DNA of 64,000 bases from Eledone cirrhosa. Taxonomy: Eukaryota. A model generated the notes under the pieces. The model saw nothing but the letters and a program-made list of their open reading frames with translations. It had not been told where the DNA came from and made no database searches. Position numbers and translations under genes: made by a program. This document shows, one piece after another, positions 62,411 through 64,000 of the stretch. Every line of letters begins with the position of its first letter. Within the stretch, counting starts at the first letter, position 1. The DNA lies in the NCBI GenBank assembly GCA_964016885.1, contig OZ024743.1, forward strand, positions 120,218,001 through 120,282,000, read 5' to 3'.

Positions 62411-62952
62411 GCAGTGTCGGTAGAGGGTCGGACGCCATGCTTTCCAGCATAGTTACGTCCCTTTACGATCTGAGTTCAAATCCCGCCGAGGTTGACTTTG
62501 CTTTTCATCCTTACGGGGTCGATAAAATAAAGTACCAGTAATGCACTGGGTATTTGCTGGCCTTGTGCCTAAAGTAGAAACAATTATTTATGTATCGGTA
62601 GAGGGTCGGATGTCATGCTTTGACGCATAGAGTTACGGCCCTTTCTATTCTGAGTTCAAATCCCGCCGAGGTTAACTTTGCCTTTCATCCTTACGGGGTC
62701 GATAAAATATAGTACCAGTGATGTACTGAGTATTTGCTGGCCTTGTGCCAATAGTAGAAACAATTATTTATTCAAAGTAAAGGTAGAGGGTCGGACGCCA
62801 TGCTTTGAAGCATAGTTACCTCCCTTTATGATCTGAGCTCAAATCCCACCGAGGTTAACTTTGCCTTTCATCCTTACGGGGTCGATAAAACAAAGTACCA
62901 GTGATATACTGGGATAATTGCTGGCCTTGCGCCAAAAGTAGAAACAATTATT
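62411..62952 (+). mobile_element. three tandem 5'-clipped copies of the tRNA-derived SINE
   Basis: About 180-bp units starting near 62411, 62592 and 62781; ttattcaaagtaa duplicated around the third. Confidence 0.88.
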
Positions 62953-63126
62953 TATTCAAAGTAATCCAACTTATTTTACAAACGGAGTAAAAAAATATAT
63001 TCTGGACGCAATCCTGCAGACCTTCCTTTATTATAGTTAAGATTGCTATTTTGTGAATATGTTGATTCCATCCTCCCCATTTATATATCAATATGTCTGC
63101 TTGTTTGTTTGTTTATCTATCTATCT

Positions 63127-63432
63127 GAAACCGTCAAAGGTGGGTGAATGTGGCAAAAATGGCCCGAGTGATTGGGCCTTCTCTGTTTATAAGCCTGTAG
63201 GTTAAAGAAGAGGGCAAAAGGAAGAAGGGAGCACTTGCACAACACGCTCTGAAGTTGAGGGTTGTTCTATTGACGGGGTATTAAACAACCAATTTGTGGG
63301 GCTTCCCCCCCTATTGGAGATTTCGATTGTTATAAGTGTTTGTTTTATATTTTTTACACGACTGTATGTAAAATCCCCGGCATGTCTTTGTATTGTCCTC
63401 TTTTCTTGTGCGCCCTTGTGGTAAATAAAGAA
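63127..63432 (+). mobile_element. 5'-truncated Tx1 relative (ORF2 end plus 3' UTR)
   Basis: QRWVNVAKMARVIGPSLFISL* versus ERWMKVARMARVNGPSLYLSL* in the full element. Ends aaataaagaaat; flanked by (atct)n. Confidence 0.85.
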
Positions 63433-63469
63433 ATCTATCTATCTATCTATCTATATGTCTGTCTATCTA

Positions 63470-63504
<35 letters not shown>

Positions 63505-63610
63505 GCCCGCTTGTCTGCTTATCTATTTGTGTATCTGCTTGTCTGTCTAACTATGTGTGTATGTATGTGCGTGTGTCTGTCTGTTCTGTGTGCGTGAGTA
63601 TGTATGTATG
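63433..63610. repeat. compound (TCTA)n/(TCTG)n/(TG)n microsatellite
   Basis: Directly visible. Confidence 0.85.
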
Positions 63611-64000
63611 TTCTGGTTGTATAATTTTATAAATGTTTACCAATAGAGAGAGAAATAAATATTCTCCTTTCATTGGAATTTAGATAACATCAACTAGGTA
63701 GATATGTATGCATGTGTATGCAGGTATGGATCTTATTGTATGTGTATGTTTTGAGTTATATGCATGCATGTACTTATGTTTTTTATCTGTACATGTATGC
63801 ATACAGTAATTACATGCAGAATTTTTGGAATGTTTTATATATTTTTACTGTTCCATTAATGGAATGTACTTGTAATTTTCTAAGTAGTCATGTTCCTTCA
63901 GGTTCTGTAAAGCCCAGCTTTTCAAGATTTGTACTGAGGCAGTTACTAACAAATCTCAGTGCCCCAATAATCACAGGTATAAATCTGAAGGCATAGTCAG

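Overview
AT-rich, intron-containing animal genomic DNA. The SINE/RTE repertoire suggests an octopod cephalopod, which is an inference. I assembled three spliced host genes by hand with matching splice phases: the first three coding exons of MVD (diphosphomevalonate decarboxylase, minus strand, running off the left edge), a complete 7-exon PSMG2 (proteasome assembly chaperone 2, plus strand, 283 aa, head-to-head with MVD) and a 4-exon SREK1IP1-like zinc-knuckle gene (minus strand, 377 aa). The rest is dominated by mobile DNA: four long RTE LINE copies of two subfamilies with a PHD-type finger after the RT core, a full-length Tx1/L1-clade LINE plus a truncated relative, a DD37D (maT) Tc1/mariner transposon, CRE-, CR1-, Vingi- and Penelope-like remnants, two non-autonomous Helitrons, MITEs and several SINE families. 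The most notable observations are apparent targeting of (TCTR)n microsatellites by the Tx1 family, a young tRNA-SINE that repeatedly inserts into its own tail, a ~50-bp repeat bracketing three successive inserts in PSMG2 intron 4, and hammerhead-like motifs/hairpins. All homology calls come from motif recognition, not database searches.
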